This document shows positions 14,147 through 28,142 of a stretch of 64,000 nt of DNA, in pieces (the first letter of the stretch is position 1; every line of letters begins with the position of its first letter). Under the pieces are notes generated by a model, which had not been told where the DNA came from, did no database searches, and saw only the letters and a list, made by a program, of their open reading frames with translations. The stretch is from the human T2T-CHM13v2.0 reference genome, Homo sapiens. The stretch lies in assembly GCF_009914755.1 (NCBI RefSeq), contig NC_060929.1, one strand, 5' to 3'. A program made the position numbers and the translations under genes.

Positions 14147-14473
14147 CAGTCATCAGTATCTGTAGAGAATTGGTTTCAGGACACCCCTCCTTCCCCCAGC
14201 AGATACCAAAATCCAAGGATGCTCAAGTCCCTTATATAAATGGTGAAGTATTTGCACATAACCTACCTACATCCTCCCATATACTTTAAATCAACTCTAA
14301 ATTACTTATAATACCTAATACACTATCAATGCAATGTAAATAGTTGTTTTACTGTATTTTTGTACTTGTATTATTTTGTATTGTTATTTTTTGGGTTTTT
14401 TTTCCTGAATATTTTTGATCCATGATTGGTGGAATCTGTGGAAGCTGAACGCACAGATACAGAGGGCCAACTG
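14147..14473 (+). mobile_element. MER2 (TcMar-Tigger MITE)
   Basis: TA-CAGT...ACTG-TA termini; GATACCAAAATCCAAGGATGCTCAAGTCCC signature. Confidence 0.9.
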
Positions 14474-15679
14474 TATTGTATAAGCAAAGGATTCAATGGA
14501 ATTCTATTTAATAAACTATAGCTTTAGAGGTAATAGATAACAAGACCCAAATCCACGAATTCTGTTCAATGAGGGTTACCTGCAAAATGACAATTTAGAG
14601 CAATACTAATTATTTGAAGGACCTCTGTTCCTATCTTTTATTTTAGCCTGCGTGTGAAGTGGGTTTTTGGTGTGTTTGTTTTGGGAATAGACTGACTAGA
14701 AATACATCACTGTCCAAAAGGAAAACATTTTTTTCATCTAGGGATTTGAGGCTTAACTAGCTGAAAGGAAAATATAATTTCATTTTGTTCTCATAGTCTC
14801 ATTTAGAAAATAACCTTAAGAGATTCAAAGGACATCAGGCTATGTGAGCACTTTCCATGCTCTGTGGGGTGGGGGGATTTGGCTTGGGCTTCAACTTTAT
14901 GAGTATGTTCTGAAGTGCTTCTTAAGAAAGTTTTTGCCTTTAGCTCTTTCCTAACCACTAGAGCTTTAAGAAACTTGAAAAAAAAAAAGTGTTCTTCAAA
15001 AATAGAATCACAAAACAGTTTTCTTTTTTCTTTCTTACTATAAATATCCCAAATCCTTCTTTAGGGACTTTATTTTTCTTTTAGGTTTTATTGGAAAGGC
15101 GAATAAGCTGAAATGCAGATGTTTATCTAAATCCAAGTCAAAACAGTGTGAGAAATAATTATAAAATATAAAATGAAAAGCCAACAGAGTTCTACATCTA
15201 TTATCTGGGTAATTTTAGGCAAAAAAATGAGGTTCTGGGGTTGTTTTTTTTCACAAATGCATTTAGGTGGTTGTGATGTATGCCACACAACAGGATGTTC
15301 CCAAAGTGGAATAAAATCTAGAATCTTAAATTTTGTTCTTGATCTTGTTTGTATTCCCTGAGAACTGACCTTGCCACGGTGTGAGTTCACCTCTCTGCAA
15401 ATGTAACTAGGACAAATATGTTTTGTTTGTGGTTGGGTTTTGTGCTTTGTGGGGTTTTGCTGTTGTTTGTTTGTTTGGCCTAGCAATCTGGGGACAGAAT
15501 TAAGGAACCATAACCATAAAAGCTCCATATTTAATTAGGAGACTAGCTGTATGTGTGTGAAATTTGGAGAAAAGGGGGTATCTCATCACTGAGCTCTTCA
15601 TCTGTCCTACTTTTGTATGACGAATGAATCCCAAGTTGACTGTCTAAGTATAAGAACTACCTTGTCCAAAAGATGCCCT

Positions 15680-15865
15680 GTTGGACATTTCTCTCGTGCA
15701 GTTTCCACCAATAAAATGAGAATAATGATAGTTTTGACTTAATCAAGGTGTTGTGAGGAATAACTCAGTTAATTGCTAATAGAACTTCCACAAGGGGCCT
15801 AGCATGTGAAAATACCCCCAAAATGTCAGATGTTTCTGCTGCTGCTATTGCTGTTGTTACTATTA
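15680..15865 (+). mobile_element. MIR SINE
   Basis: CAGTTTCC..TAAAATGAGAATAATGATAG..GTTGTGAGGA MIR core and tail. Confidence 0.7.
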
Positions 15866-16342
15866 TTTCTTCCAAATTTTCAATCAACTTGGAGGTCCTG
15901 GGTATTTTTAAGCAACCTGCAAGCTTTTTAAAAAATTTTTCATTAATTGGAATGAGCCATGACATTTTTTTGTGTACAAATATAATGTGCCACCGGGGCT
16001 AATATTCCCATAATTCTACTCACTGAAACGTGATTTGGCTGAAACCGTAATGTGCCAAATGCGGCTGAAATTCAGAATTCCTCAGAGCCTCTTCAGCACC
16101 ATTCCCTAGAAAATCTGCAACCCGATTTCATTCTCATTTGGGCTTAGGAAGGTGTGAACCAACTGCAGCCAAAATTAAGTAAGAATGGGAGATGTAAAAT
16201 CTGTGAAGAAGTTTGTCATCTTGGCCTGAGGGTATTACTCTAACCTGTTTGCCGGCCTGCCCTTGTCCACGGGGTAACGACTGGAGAAAAGTGATAGATC
16301 ACAACTGTGGCATCAAAAACTCATGGTGTTCACATGAACGTG

Positions 16343-16366
16343 CACACACACACACACACACACACA
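16343..16366. repeat. (CA)n microsatellite
   Basis: Direct inspection. Confidence 0.9.
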
Positions 16367-19300
16367 GCTCCACCACCAAAAATGCCCCAAATAAAATAGG
16401 AGAATTGACTTATAATTCTAGAAATCAAGGCTACCAGCTAGTTGAAGCTGCTTTTCTAGCCCACGTAGGTGCCCCTGGACACCTTCCTTTGCTATTCCCC
16501 ACTCCTATTTTTCCCGTAGTCATTTATTCATACTCATTCATTTACTCATTTCTATCTTCAACAAGTACTGATTGTTTGCCTACTATGCACTAATTACAGA
16601 AGATAAGATGATAAGCATAATTACTTTTCCTTCACTGAGAGCTTTATGTCTCTAGAAAAATTCTCAAAAAATATGTGGTAGAAGTTATTTTGAATGCGTA
16701 CTCTTCAAATCTGAAAACATAGATGCAAGCTACACCGCTGGCTAGATAATAGGGATGTTATCTGTAGATAATAGGATGGGAAAGAATGTTAGAACTCAAA
16801 CAATGAAAGCGCAGAATTAAGGCTGCAATCCACCCATCAGAAAATCTCCCAAGCAGCACAAGTTGCAGATATTCAAATGCAGAACGGATGCATTTTACTG
16901 CAAGGATGAAATGCTTAAAATCAAAATTGTATCTCCAAATCACACTCACAGGAATTGGCTGTTGGTGTCTCTGTCCTGTGTGGAGCTCAGCAAGAAAACA
17001 GGGGTGCTCCTTAGCTGTTGGGTGAAAGGCTCTAGAGCGTGGGTGAGGGGTTGGTTAGGGTGGTGGGTAAAGGAAAACAGCAGACTGTTAAGTGAAAGAA
17101 ACAGACCAATCTGTGCGATAAACTGCTGCTTAAACAGGTTTATGCAGAATGTGACTGTATGTCTTTTTAACAGCCTCTAAAAGTCCTTTTTTTAAAGCCT
17201 TTTCGGAAGTAGTTTCCTCTTTTCCTGTTGGACTGTCAGTTGGCAGATGCCTCTGGGAAACGGGGTTCTGCTTTCTAAAAGGCTCTTAAATAATGTTGGT
17301 TAAAAATTGCTTTTAAAGCTATCAGCCGAATAGCACATTGCCCTCTTCCCCTCACCCTCCCCAGCCCTATCTGATTTGTCAATTACCTCCTTCAGAAACC
17401 TCTCGCGTTCTCTGACACCTGTGCTGACATAACATCCCCCTCCTGGCAGGCACCTGCCAATTCTCACTGAAAAATGATTGCTAAACATTTCAGCACCAGC
17501 TCCCAAGAAGAATTCCCTCCTCTGCCCATTGGCACCATAGAAACAGCCATTGTTCCTCATAATTGTGAGTCCGAGGCTTCTACTTTGTAACTCCCTACCC
17601 CTGTGGCATTCATGAGCTCTGGAACGTCACAACTGGGGAGGGCCTGTGTTGAAACGGCAATGATTTACCAGAGGGGGCCTTGATGACCAGAAAGGTGCAC
17701 GGAAAGGAATCTGTGCCTTAAAAAAAAAAAAAAAAAAAAACAGGCAGCAGTCTGGGAAAAAACCAGACACACTGGGCAAAGCTTCTGACTTCAGAAAGAG
17801 GTCACAAGGCATGTCAAACAACTCAATCACTCTTGTTTTTAACGTTTTTCAGAATTAAATTCTGCAGGCCATTTTTCTACATCCTAAGGGGAATAAAATA
17901 TCATCCATATATTTTTAAAAGGCATTAATTAAGTTTAGCTCTGACACCCAAGAGTAATGGTCCCTGACCTAAGCCCCAACCTCCAACTAGGGGATTTGGA
18001 TGAGGCTAATGGTGGTTGCACAATCAGATCTGTGTCGCATATTGAATATAGGTCAAAGGATGACTGCTCTCTGCAGAAAACAAAAATAATCTTTCTAAGA
18101 CACCATTTCATATTAGCATAGGCCCATATGCTCAGGATCAGAAAGAAATTATGTTGTATCTAAAAGAAATCACATTGGAAGAAAATCACATTCGAAGCTA
18201 AGGCATTTGGCAATGGAACTACATTTCTGTAAGCCTTTATTTACTGATTGCAGATAAATTTTGACCTGAAATTAATGAAAAAATGTGAGCATGTCCTGAT
18301 AAAGTTTTGGAACCTCATAGAAACTGCCAATTTTGAATGATTTCATACTATAACATTCATCTCGCTACTTTCAAAATGTCTAGCTTCAAAATGTTTGAAC
18401 CTTCGATGTAAAAAGCTTCACAATTCATATCAGTTCATTCCTGAGATCCAATGGAAATGGATTAAGTTGCATATATGAGTGATTCGATTTTACTGTTTTT
18501 TTATCTAGTTTCTATGATTGAAATTATAGTCCTGCTGCTGAGGAGGTATCTTACCCACTTTGGGATAAATTGGCAACTTTTTTCTGCTATAATTCTCACT
18601 GAATATTCTTTTGAATGATGTGTATAATTAACATTAGTATATTTTCAACTATAATTAGAAGAAAAGTCCTTTAGTAAGCACAATCAACTAGTTAGTGATG
18701 CTTTCTGACACTTTGTTTATTGAAAACACTTAATTACTTTTTAATCCTTTAAGTACAATATCACATAGATACTACATTTATTGGACCATAATAAACCGCT
18801 GTAGGTATGAATACTATTCAACCTAGGTTTCAATATAGTTTCTACACTGGTCCCTGAAATAGTTTAAGACATTTAATTTTCTAGTTTTACTATCCACACC
18901 TTTAAGAATGCTGTGAAGGTAATAGGTTTAGGGGTACCATCAATATTTAGGTAATAAAAAATGTAAAACCAAATAGCTGGAAGCCAATTCAGTTCTACCA
19001 TGTAAAATAATTGCTGACTGGAGCAAATCAATGCTTTGAAGATGTAACCTAATAAAAAATATAACTCTGATAAAGTTAGGTAAATTGAAAATTCTAGGTC
19101 TGGTGTGCAGCAGACTCATTATTTATTCCAAAATGATGATTTTAATGTCTCCATGTCTATTTCTCTTTTTTTTTCTCATTGTGGGTATTCAAAGTCTCCA
19201 TGTCTAAAGTAAAGAGCTTTGCCACAGGTATCCAGATGCAGGACAGAATCAAGTCTAAGAGCCAAAGCCTTCACCTGGTACTCACCAGCAGAGTGAGCCT

Positions 19301-19873
19301 GAGAAATCTCTTTTTCTCTCCATGTCCTAACTCCTAACATTATTAGGAAGATTGAATGAGATGGATGGTAAAGGCTTTGCACAGTTCTTGACTCACATGT
19401 AAGGAAACCAGGCAGCTCCCTTCACAGAATCAAACCTGGATTATCCAATTTGACGATGGACAGCAAATTTCCACATAGCAACCAAGAGACAGATGACCTA
19501 AAACCTGTGTTTCCTGATAATGACTGTGTGTTTACACTCACCATCATAAAGTAGGAAGAAGGCCCTTTGGTTTTTTTTCAAAATCTATGCCCTCCTACAG
19601 CAAAAGTATAAAGGGGTCTTAAGGTGTTTTAAAGTTCTACAACATAGTCTATTATATTATTTAGATCATGCATTTATGTACACATTCAATGAAGTTTTGG
19701 AACTTAAAATACATCTGACTTTTTTTTTTTGAAAACTTAGGGTCTGTTCTAAAAAATGAAATAATTTCAGAGTTTAAGAAGTTTGCTTGCAATCTAATGC
19801 TTATTTTGTCAATTCAGTTGCACGTAAACATTACTGTACATGCCTTGAGGGAAAAAATGTTGTTGCTCCAATA

Positions 19874-20240
19874 CAGGGGACAGCAATCTATGGCTCTCAG
19901 GCCAAATCCAGCCACTGCCTGCTTTTGTGTGGCCTGCAGGCTGAAAATGGTTTGTCCATTTTTAAATAGTTAAAAAGAATCAACAGAAAAACAGTATTTT
20001 ATGATATATACTGTATTACATATTATTTTATATAAAATTCAAATTTCAGTGTCCATAAATAAAATTTTTGGAACAAATTGTGTATGTATTGCCTATAGCT
20101 GTTTTCACTCTACCATAGCATAGTCAAATAGTTGCAACAGAGATGTGTATGGCCCACATACACATCTAGTGTATGTGGTAGTAAAGATAGTAAAAATCTT
20201 TACTATCTGGCCCTTTAGAAAAACAGTCCACTGACTCCTG
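19874..20240. mobile_element. MER58B-like hAT-Charlie element
   Basis: CAGGGGACAGCAA...CTGACTCCTG termini; GGCCAAATCCAGCCACTGCCTG and CTATCTGGCCCTTTA signatures; TSD CTCCAATA/CTGTAATA. Confidence 0.88.
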
Positions 20241-20823
20241 CTGTAATATAGCAAGCCCTGCCACCAAAAAAAAAAAAAAAAAAAATGCAACAAGGAGTAT
20301 TCAACTTAGAGATAGGTTTTATACAAAAAATTCATTGGGAAGTCAGTTATCCATGAAAACCAAATAATAAATGGCAGTTTGACTCCTGACTAGCCCGCAA
20401 ATGCCAATTAACTTATAATTGATTTTAACTGTAGTACTAAAAGCCTGAGTTATGAAGTTTAGAAATATGTGACTGTTAAGTTGCATAAGAGATGAGGAAA
20501 AGATTTCCATAAACTTTTTCTGGTTGAGAGACGGTAGAGAGGCTCATGTGTGGTTTTAGGGTCCTTCTCCCTGGGTGCTGTTGTGCTCTCTGAGCAGAGG
20601 GACCTTTTATTATGCATGTTGATATTCCTCACAGTAATTCAGCCCAGGGCGTGTATAGGTGCAACAATATAGACCTGTTAAATGAAGTGGGGTTCGTACA
20701 TTTCTATGTTCTGTGTGTTGAATAGTCAATTTTCCACATAATCTTTGTCTCTCTTTTGTTAGTAGGCAAAATTTTTCATAAATTTAGATCCGTTTTAAGA
20801 AAAACATTTTTAACTTTCAAATA

Positions 20824-21070
20824 TAGTGGTTTTCAACTTTTTAAATTGTAAACCACAATAAGAAATACATTTCACATCACAGCCTAATGCACACATCCAT
20901 ATATACTCATAATTAAAACAAAGGTTATTCAAAAAAAGAAATTTTCTACATCAAAAAGTATCTGTTCTTTCATATTCTATTCCGTTTAACTGTTTTTAAA
21001 TTCTCATCAGTCTTACCAGATGGGTTTAGTGGCCTACTAATGCGTCATAACCAACAGTGTGAAAACCTGG
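20824..21070. mobile_element. Old hAT-type MITE
   Basis: TAGTGGTTTTCAAC ... GTGTGAAAACCTG TIR-like ends. Confidence 0.5.
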
Positions 21071-21119
21071 ACCTATATTATTTCAAAATAAATAGCTGGA
21101 TACTCACAAGTGAACTGAT

Positions 21120-21280
21120 TCAATCAATCAGTTATTTCAGGACTATTAATTGAGCACTTTAATAAGTACCTGGGCCAGACACCATGCCAGACACTGGGAT
21201 GCTGTAATCAACAAGACATCCTCCCTAACCTCAAAGAACTGAATGGTTAGGTGGCGAGGTAAAACACAGTAACTGATGTT
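21120..21280 (-). mobile_element. L2 3' fragment
   Basis: TTAATTGAGCACTT...TGCCAGACACTGGGATGCTG..AACAAGACA reverse L2 tail. Confidence 0.65.
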
Positions 21281-22179
21281 GAGGGGGTGAACATTTTTCA
21301 GCTCAGCCACAGGTACACACAAGTTACAATATAAAGCCTCTAGGAGTAAGAGAATAAATCCAAGTCCCAGGCCCAGCTCTGCCTCTATTTAACTAATGTT
21401 TTCATTAACCTTGGATTTAAGGCATGGCTTCCTGTTTCGTTTAAGCTATATTTAGCTTAAATACAGTTAAAACATTGTTAAATTGTTAAATACAGTTAAA
21501 AACTGTAAAAGATACAGTTAAAAATTGAATGTAAGTACAGATGAAGCTAAAATTCGATATTTAGTAGTTTTCTTGCTGAAATAGAGATGGCATTTGTTTT
21601 TTTATTGTCATTAAAGTCTATTAAGTTAATTTTAATTTGTTTTTACAACCAATTACTAAAAATGGCATTATTATTATAATACATTTGAAATTCCAGAACA
21701 GTTAAAATCATGGAAATACCAAGTTGAAATATACTTGCAATATGTTCTTGCAACCATTACTATTTTAAGCTTAATTATAATATATTATCCAATGAAGCAA
21801 TTAGGCATTTTATAAGCAGATAAATTCACAAAAACAGAAAAAAAGGACACAATGCTCAATCATTGTATTTAAAATTATAGCCAAAAGAAAACTATACCTG
21901 AAAGAGGTTTATCTCACATGTCTCAAAGATTTATAGTTAATTAAAGTAAAACATGGGTAGGTAATTCCAAAGGCACAGCAATTTCATCCATTTAACAAAG
22001 AGCTCATTTTACTGGTAGAAATTGTAGATATGAGAAAGCACAGGGGTTTTTGTTTTTAAAGAAATTGGACCCACTCTCGTTTATTTCGACAGAAAGTTCC
22101 TAAGTGTGTTCTTGCTATCTTCCCCCATTCTACCCAAGCCCAGGGTAAGCTCTGGGTTCCTTTTCTGTGAGCCCCACAT

Positions 22180-23390
22180 TCAGCCCATCAGAGCACAGTC
22201 ATCTCTTCTGCCCAAATATGTCCAGAATCCATTTCCTTTCCTCTCTCCACTTGCAGAACCTAAGTCCAAACCACAATTTATTTCCCCCTGCCCAAACTCC
22301 AGCACAGACCTCCAGCTTGTATCCCTGCTTTCTGTCTCTTGCTTCTGTGAAATCCAGGGTCTAACACAGGGTCATCTATAAAATTTAAGTCAGAGCATGT
22401 TACTCCTGCTGCTTCAAAAGCTCCCGTGGTTCCCACAGCACTAACCCACTCTCATCCCCTACCACTTCGCTCTTTCCTAGCACACTCTGCTTCAGTCACA
22501 TTTAACTTCTTTCCTAGATGGGATGGTTAATTTTATGGGTCACCTTGGCTGAACCAAGGTGCCCAGATCATTATGCCAAATGTTTCTATTAAGGTGATTT
22601 TTGGATGAGATCAACGCATTTTTAAATTGGTGGATTTTGAGCGGATTAGCTTCCATAATGTAGGAGGGCCTCATCCAAGCAATTGAAGGCCGAATAGAAC
22701 AAAGACTCAAACACACAAACACAGCAAGAAGGAATTCTGCCAGCAGATGGCCTTTGGACTCAAACTGCAATTCTCTTCTGTGTCTCCAGGTTACCTGTGT
22801 TTTAAAGTCCTACAAGATAAGCCATCAGATTTTTTTGACTCACCAAGCCTCCATCCACAATTGTGCAAGCTAGTTCCTTAAAGTCTCTCTCTCTAGATAG
22901 GTAGGTAGGTAGAGAGAGACAGAGAGATACACATACACACAGCCACACACATCACATCCTGTAGGTTCTGTTTTTCTGGAGCACCCTGGCTATAATACAT
23001 CAAACATATCCAATTTTCCCTGTAACACTTTTGCTCTTGCCATTCCTACTCTCTGAAACTCCCTTTCCAGGCTCAACATATGACTGCCTTCTTCACATCA
23101 TTCATGCCCTCTTTGAGCTGAGGCATGAATGATGTAAATGAGGCAGTTATATGTTGAGCTCACCCCAGATACACCATCACATTACCCAGTTTCATTTCCT
23201 GCATGGAGTTTCTCATCCTGAAATGACTTCTATTCATTTGTTTATTTGTATATTGTCCAATTTCCCCTGATGGATTCCAAGTTCCAGGAGGGAAAAGACC
23301 TGTTATATATTGTTCTTTGTTGGGTTCCCAGCACCTAGAACAATGCATGGGACAAGTATTCAGTAAGTATTTATTGAATAAATGAATTAG
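22180..23390 (+). mobile_element. L2 LINE fragment split by an MLT2 LTR
   Basis: L2 body 22180-22515 resumes ~23000-23390, ending CCCAGCACCTAGAACAATGC...TATTTATTGAATAAATGAAT. Confidence 0.8.
22519..22999 (+). mobile_element. MLT2B/C (ERVL) solo LTR
   Basis: TG.GATGGTTAATTTTATG start; GGTTCTGTTTTTCTGGAGCACCCTGGCTATAATACA end. Confidence 0.88.
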
Positions 23391-24054
23391 TTAAAATGTT
23401 AAAAATTCAAGTGACTTCTATGCACTATCAATCAACCATCAGAATTTGTTTTGTCCAGGAGGTCAATCTCCATTCACAGTTCATACAATGAAGAAGACAG
23501 TTGTATATCACATGAAAAAGTTGTTCCCCTCTTAATTTCCACACATATTGTATCGTTTAAGTCTTAAATGGGGAAACTCAGATACTTACTAAAATTGTCT
23601 TAAACCTCTCTTTTATTTTGCATAGTTTAGTGTAATACATTTGTTATTAAATTAGAGCTAGAACCTTATTCTTCCTTTGTACACTTCCACAATTAAAAAC
23701 AGTTCTTTATATTTTTCTGTGACACATCTTCCATGTTGGAGAGCATCAAAGCATCTTGTCAGTGTGTGGACCTAGTTTCAAAGGTTCTACCTGCTAACCA
23801 GTTCCTTTTTTGAATTAATGAGACAATGTTGTTCATGTTGCCAAAATCAAAGCAAAATACTGATTTTTTTAAATGTGAGAACTCAGGAAGCAGGACCAAC
23901 TCCAACAGATATGCTAAATCCACTTAAAAGTGTTTGGAATATTTTAACTTCATAAGCACATTATACTGCACTCCTTATATCTCATAGTATCTGATACTCT
24001 TAGAGTTAGTGTGAGTTATTAAAGTGAGGGATGCCAAATTCTCTATTTATTTCT

Positions 24055-24480
24055 TCTCTCATCTGTTCATTCATTTCATTATGAGGCATTGCTAAGGACC
24101 AAGTACTGAACTAGGTGCTAAGTATACATAGGTGAATAAAATAGACACAGTCCCTGCCCTTGAGAAGCTTACAGTCTCATGGAGGAAGGAAAAAAAAGGT
24201 AAACAAATAAGTCAATACATATGTACATAAAAACTATAATGCGTGCTATGAAGAAGGTGGACCTGGAAATAATGGTAGCAAATCACTGAGGGGGCATATT
24301 CTCTGATACAGAAGTTATAAAAAGCCTCTTCGTAACAGTGATATTTTATCCCCCAACCTGAAGGATGAAAAGGAGGAAGCCAAGAGAAAAACTGGGGGTG
24401 GGAAGATGAAAACTGGCCAAGAGTCCCAGGAAGAGGGGTCAGCATGGGTAAGGAGTGTAGGGAAGCAAGTGACTGATCCA
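24055..24480 (-). mobile_element. L2 LINE 3' fragment
   Basis: TTCATTCATT...GGTGAATAAAATAGACACAGTCCCTGCCCTTGAGAAGCTTACAGTCT. Confidence 0.8.
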
Positions 24481-26149
24481 GTTTAAGAACTAAAGGGATT
24501 TTTTTCCATGGGGCATCATCCTGAACATCTGGATTTATTCTTTCCCTTAGCCTTTGACTAAGATCTTAAGCTGTCTTGCCTGAATTCTCACCCTATCCTG
24601 GATACAGGCTGTTCAGGGGGGAGACATTTAAATAGAAACCATGTAGTTTGTCATGCAAATTGAATCTCTTGAGCAGAATTCGATTTAATAAATGTCCCAA
24701 ATGTTCATTATGCAAGCACAGCCTGGCTGCACATTGACGAAGTCCTTTGTCAACAGCAGCGACTCAGTCTGTCCCCAGTCACTCACTCACCAGTCAAGCA
24801 CTCCAGCTGACTGCCAGAACCCTTTAGAAAGTAAACACTACTGATTAGATAGGTTGAATCAATACTTCTTTTCCTTACATACCAGTAGTGTTGATTTCAT
24901 AGGCCAGAACCAGAAACCCTTTATTGGTCTTGTGCTCAACTCACATACATTTCAGTCATCTGCAGTCAACTTTAATTCTATTCAGAAAGAATTAACACGC
25001 AACAGCTCCAAGTAATGGAATCTTGGAATTAAGAGAGAAATCATTCTCTAGAATTTTCAAAAAACTTATTTCATTGATGAAGATTTTATCTTTTTTTCAA
25101 TATTTTTTCACTGACCTTTATTAAACATTTTATTAAATACACCTGAGAAAAGACTGTCTTCAAAGATTGATGACTCGTGGAAGAAATTGGAAGGAATCAG
25201 AAAGCCTGGCTTAGAGTTATGATGAAACTTGATGACGGTGCCATCTTGCACTTGATCTTTTATTCACAATTTGCACAAGCTAACAAGCTTAGGCACATTC
25301 GTCAGTTAATCAATGCAAATGTCGTGTAAGGTACTGGGGAGAGAGTTGTTTAAGAAAGATGATGTGATGTGGTAGACAAGCTTGGGTTGTAGAATATTAC
25401 ACATGAAACTTAAAATTCCAATTTGGCCATTACGAGTTAGGAGTTTTTGAGACAGGTAGTTCCTCAAGTTATTTAATTTTTTTTTTCACTTGCAAAAGTG
25501 GGGATCAAATCTGCTAGACTTGTTGTGTGGATTATATGAGAAACCATATGTAAAACCATCCGGGAGGCTTTCTCCCAGCTAGTCAGCTTTAGAATGTGTT
25601 AGCTTGCCTTTCTCTACCCACTAACATTTTCAATGCAACTATAAAATACCTTTTTCTATTGTAGTTTTAAAAATAGGAAAGACTTCCCTTCTATAAAACT
25701 TCTTACAAGAGAAATAAATCTTAAAATGGCCAAGTGACTTTTTTTCAATAGGGATATTCACTACTTCTAGGAATGTTTTAATATTGGAAATATGTAACTG
25801 TTAATACCTGATACATAATGACAAAACTCTGACAATCAAATGAACATTCCTTAATGCCAATTTTTCCTTATTCTAAGAATGTAATCCTGCCACCTTGTAA
25901 AAGTGATTGATACAGGTATAAAGTTTGCCCTGCATATAAATCAGAGAAAGTGAATTAGATATAAGTATGTTAAGTTCCTTATTTCTCTATTTGTCATATG
26001 AATCAAATTTTATGCATTTTACATTTTGTCTGGAACAATGCTACAGAAAGTTTTTTTAATTAAAACTTTCCAAAGGAATATATTAAATCGAGCTTAATAT
26101 GAAAGTGTTTTCTGCTGATGATTCAGATATCAGTGCAATTAGAATCATC

Positions 26150-26380
26150 TCCTGGGTGCCAAGTTCAGTGCTAAGACTTTAGTACATTTTATCTCACTTA
26201 ATCCTCTTAATATCTATAAAACATAAGTATATATTTACACATATAGAGATAAATTCATTACACAGATGAGAAATTGAGATCCAGAGAAATTAAGAACTTC
26301 CTTAAAGTAGAATAATTCACTAATGGTGATTTTATAACCTAAATCAAAGTCTGTCTAATTCCACAGAGCCTCTATTACAC
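26150..26380 (-). mobile_element. MIR SINE
   Basis: ACAGATGAGAAATTGAGATCCAGAGAAATTAAG core. Confidence 0.75.
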
Positions 26381-26556
26381 TTGGCAAAAATAAAACTAAG
26401 CCAATCTACTATAAATTATAGGTCATCTGCTGTTTTCATTATTTTGTGCATTATCCTAATCAATACCATGATCCTTAGATATTTGAGGGACTATATTTTC
26501 TTGCAAAGTTCTCACTTTTTTGAGACGGTGAACTCATTTGTTCTTTTGCAATACCA

Positions 26557-26640
26557 ACTCTCTCTCTCTCCCGCACTTTTCCTCTTTCTCTCTCACTTTT
26601 CCTCTCTCTTACTCTTTCTCTCTCTCTCTCACACACACAT
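26557..26640. repeat. (CT)-rich/(CA) low-complexity tract
   Basis: Direct inspection. Confidence 0.8.
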
Positions 26641-27630
26641 TCTTTTCAGCCACCTCTTCACTCTCTCAAGCTACACAGTGTCTTTCAGTACCTGAAAAAA
26701 ATACATCTCATTTTCTTTCCCTGTTGACTTATGTACAAGTTCATTGATGCCATCTTTATCTTTAGAGTAGTAGAGATTTATTTAGAAGCCCTTTTAAAAG
26801 TGAACCGCATTTTAAGGACACAGTTTCACAGTGGCGGATAAAAATTGCTCTTAGAACTTGTTTGATGCATTTTCATCTCTTTCTTTAACTGCTTTGCTCA
26901 CAATATTCTGACTTTGTATTTATTTCTCCTTGAAGAATTTGTTGTCAAAAAAATTAATTACTTTGCTGCTAATAAAATTAGGATTTCAAAAAAATGGAAG
27001 CTTTGTAACATTATCCCTCCTTCTGGGAAACATACTTGTGCTCTCTAATGTGGAACTTAGGAGTTTTGTAAATCCAGTACTTTGTTTAAATAGTTTAATG
27101 AGATTCTTATTTTATTCTTGTTTGTAATTATTTGTAGAATGTGCAGCTCTCAGTGATTTCATTCTTAAAAAACTAATTAGTATGCTATGGAATGATTTGT
27201 CTTTTGTTAATTTCTATTAACATTACATTTTGGTTCCGGTGGTGTATGTTGCACTGGATTCCTTGTGGGCATCAGTGGATGAAAGGCATGTTTAACTGTG
27301 TCCAATATAATCATTACTAATTAATGGACAAGTGAAAAGAAAGAAGAATGGATATTTTGATGCACCCTTCATTTGGAAGGCTAAAGTTTGAAATTCTATA
27401 AAAGAATTTAAAATGTATTTGCCAAAATAATTATTTTTTAAAGCTATATTTTATGATTGAAGAATACTGCCCTGCTGCATAGAGAAAGATTTATCAATGA
27501 TGGTGATAATGACAATGGTGGTGGCAGTGGCGATAAACAACAATGAAAAAAATAATTGTCAACATGTACTAAGTGCTTCTGTGGGCCCAACATTATGACA
27601 CTATCTCATTTAATCCTCATGGTAACCCTG

Positions 27631-27985
27631 CGTACTAGTCTGTCTTCAGACTGCTAATAAAGACATACCTGAAACTGGGAAATTTACAAAAGAAAGAGGT
27701 TTAATAGACTTACAGCTCCATATGGCTGGAGAAGCCTCACAATCATGGCTGAAGCAAGGAAGAACAAGTCACATCTCACATGGATGGCAGTAGGCAAAGA
27801 GAGAGAGTTTGTGCGGGGGAACTCCTCTTTATAAAACCATCAGATCTCATGAGACTTATTCACTATCGTGAGAAGAGCACAAGAAATACCTGCCCCCATG
27901 ATTCAGTTACCTCCCACTGGGTCCTCCCCACAACATGTGGGAATTCAAGATGAGATCTGGGTGGGGACACAGCTAAACCATATCA
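27631..27985 (-). mobile_element. THE1B-like MaLR solo LTR inserted in a MIR
   Basis: Ends GTGGGGACACAGCTAAACCATATCA; perfect 5-bp TSD CCCTG (27626-30, 27986-90); MIR sequence on both flanks. Confidence 0.93.
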
Positions 27986-28142
27986 CCCTGTAAGACATGG
28001 ATGATTTTTATCCCCATTTCACAAATGACAGAACTTAAACTTTGAGAGTTTAAGTAAATTATCTAAAGTAATATGGACAGCTAGAAGACACAGTTAATCT
28101 CCAAGTTTCCAGAGACAAAATTTGAATCACTCTCATTAGTGG

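Noticed and set aside
21455-21530. Three TACAGTTAAAA copies with short spacers, superficially array-like
   Set aside because: Short AT-rich slippage duplication in a eukaryotic genome; not a CRISPR array.
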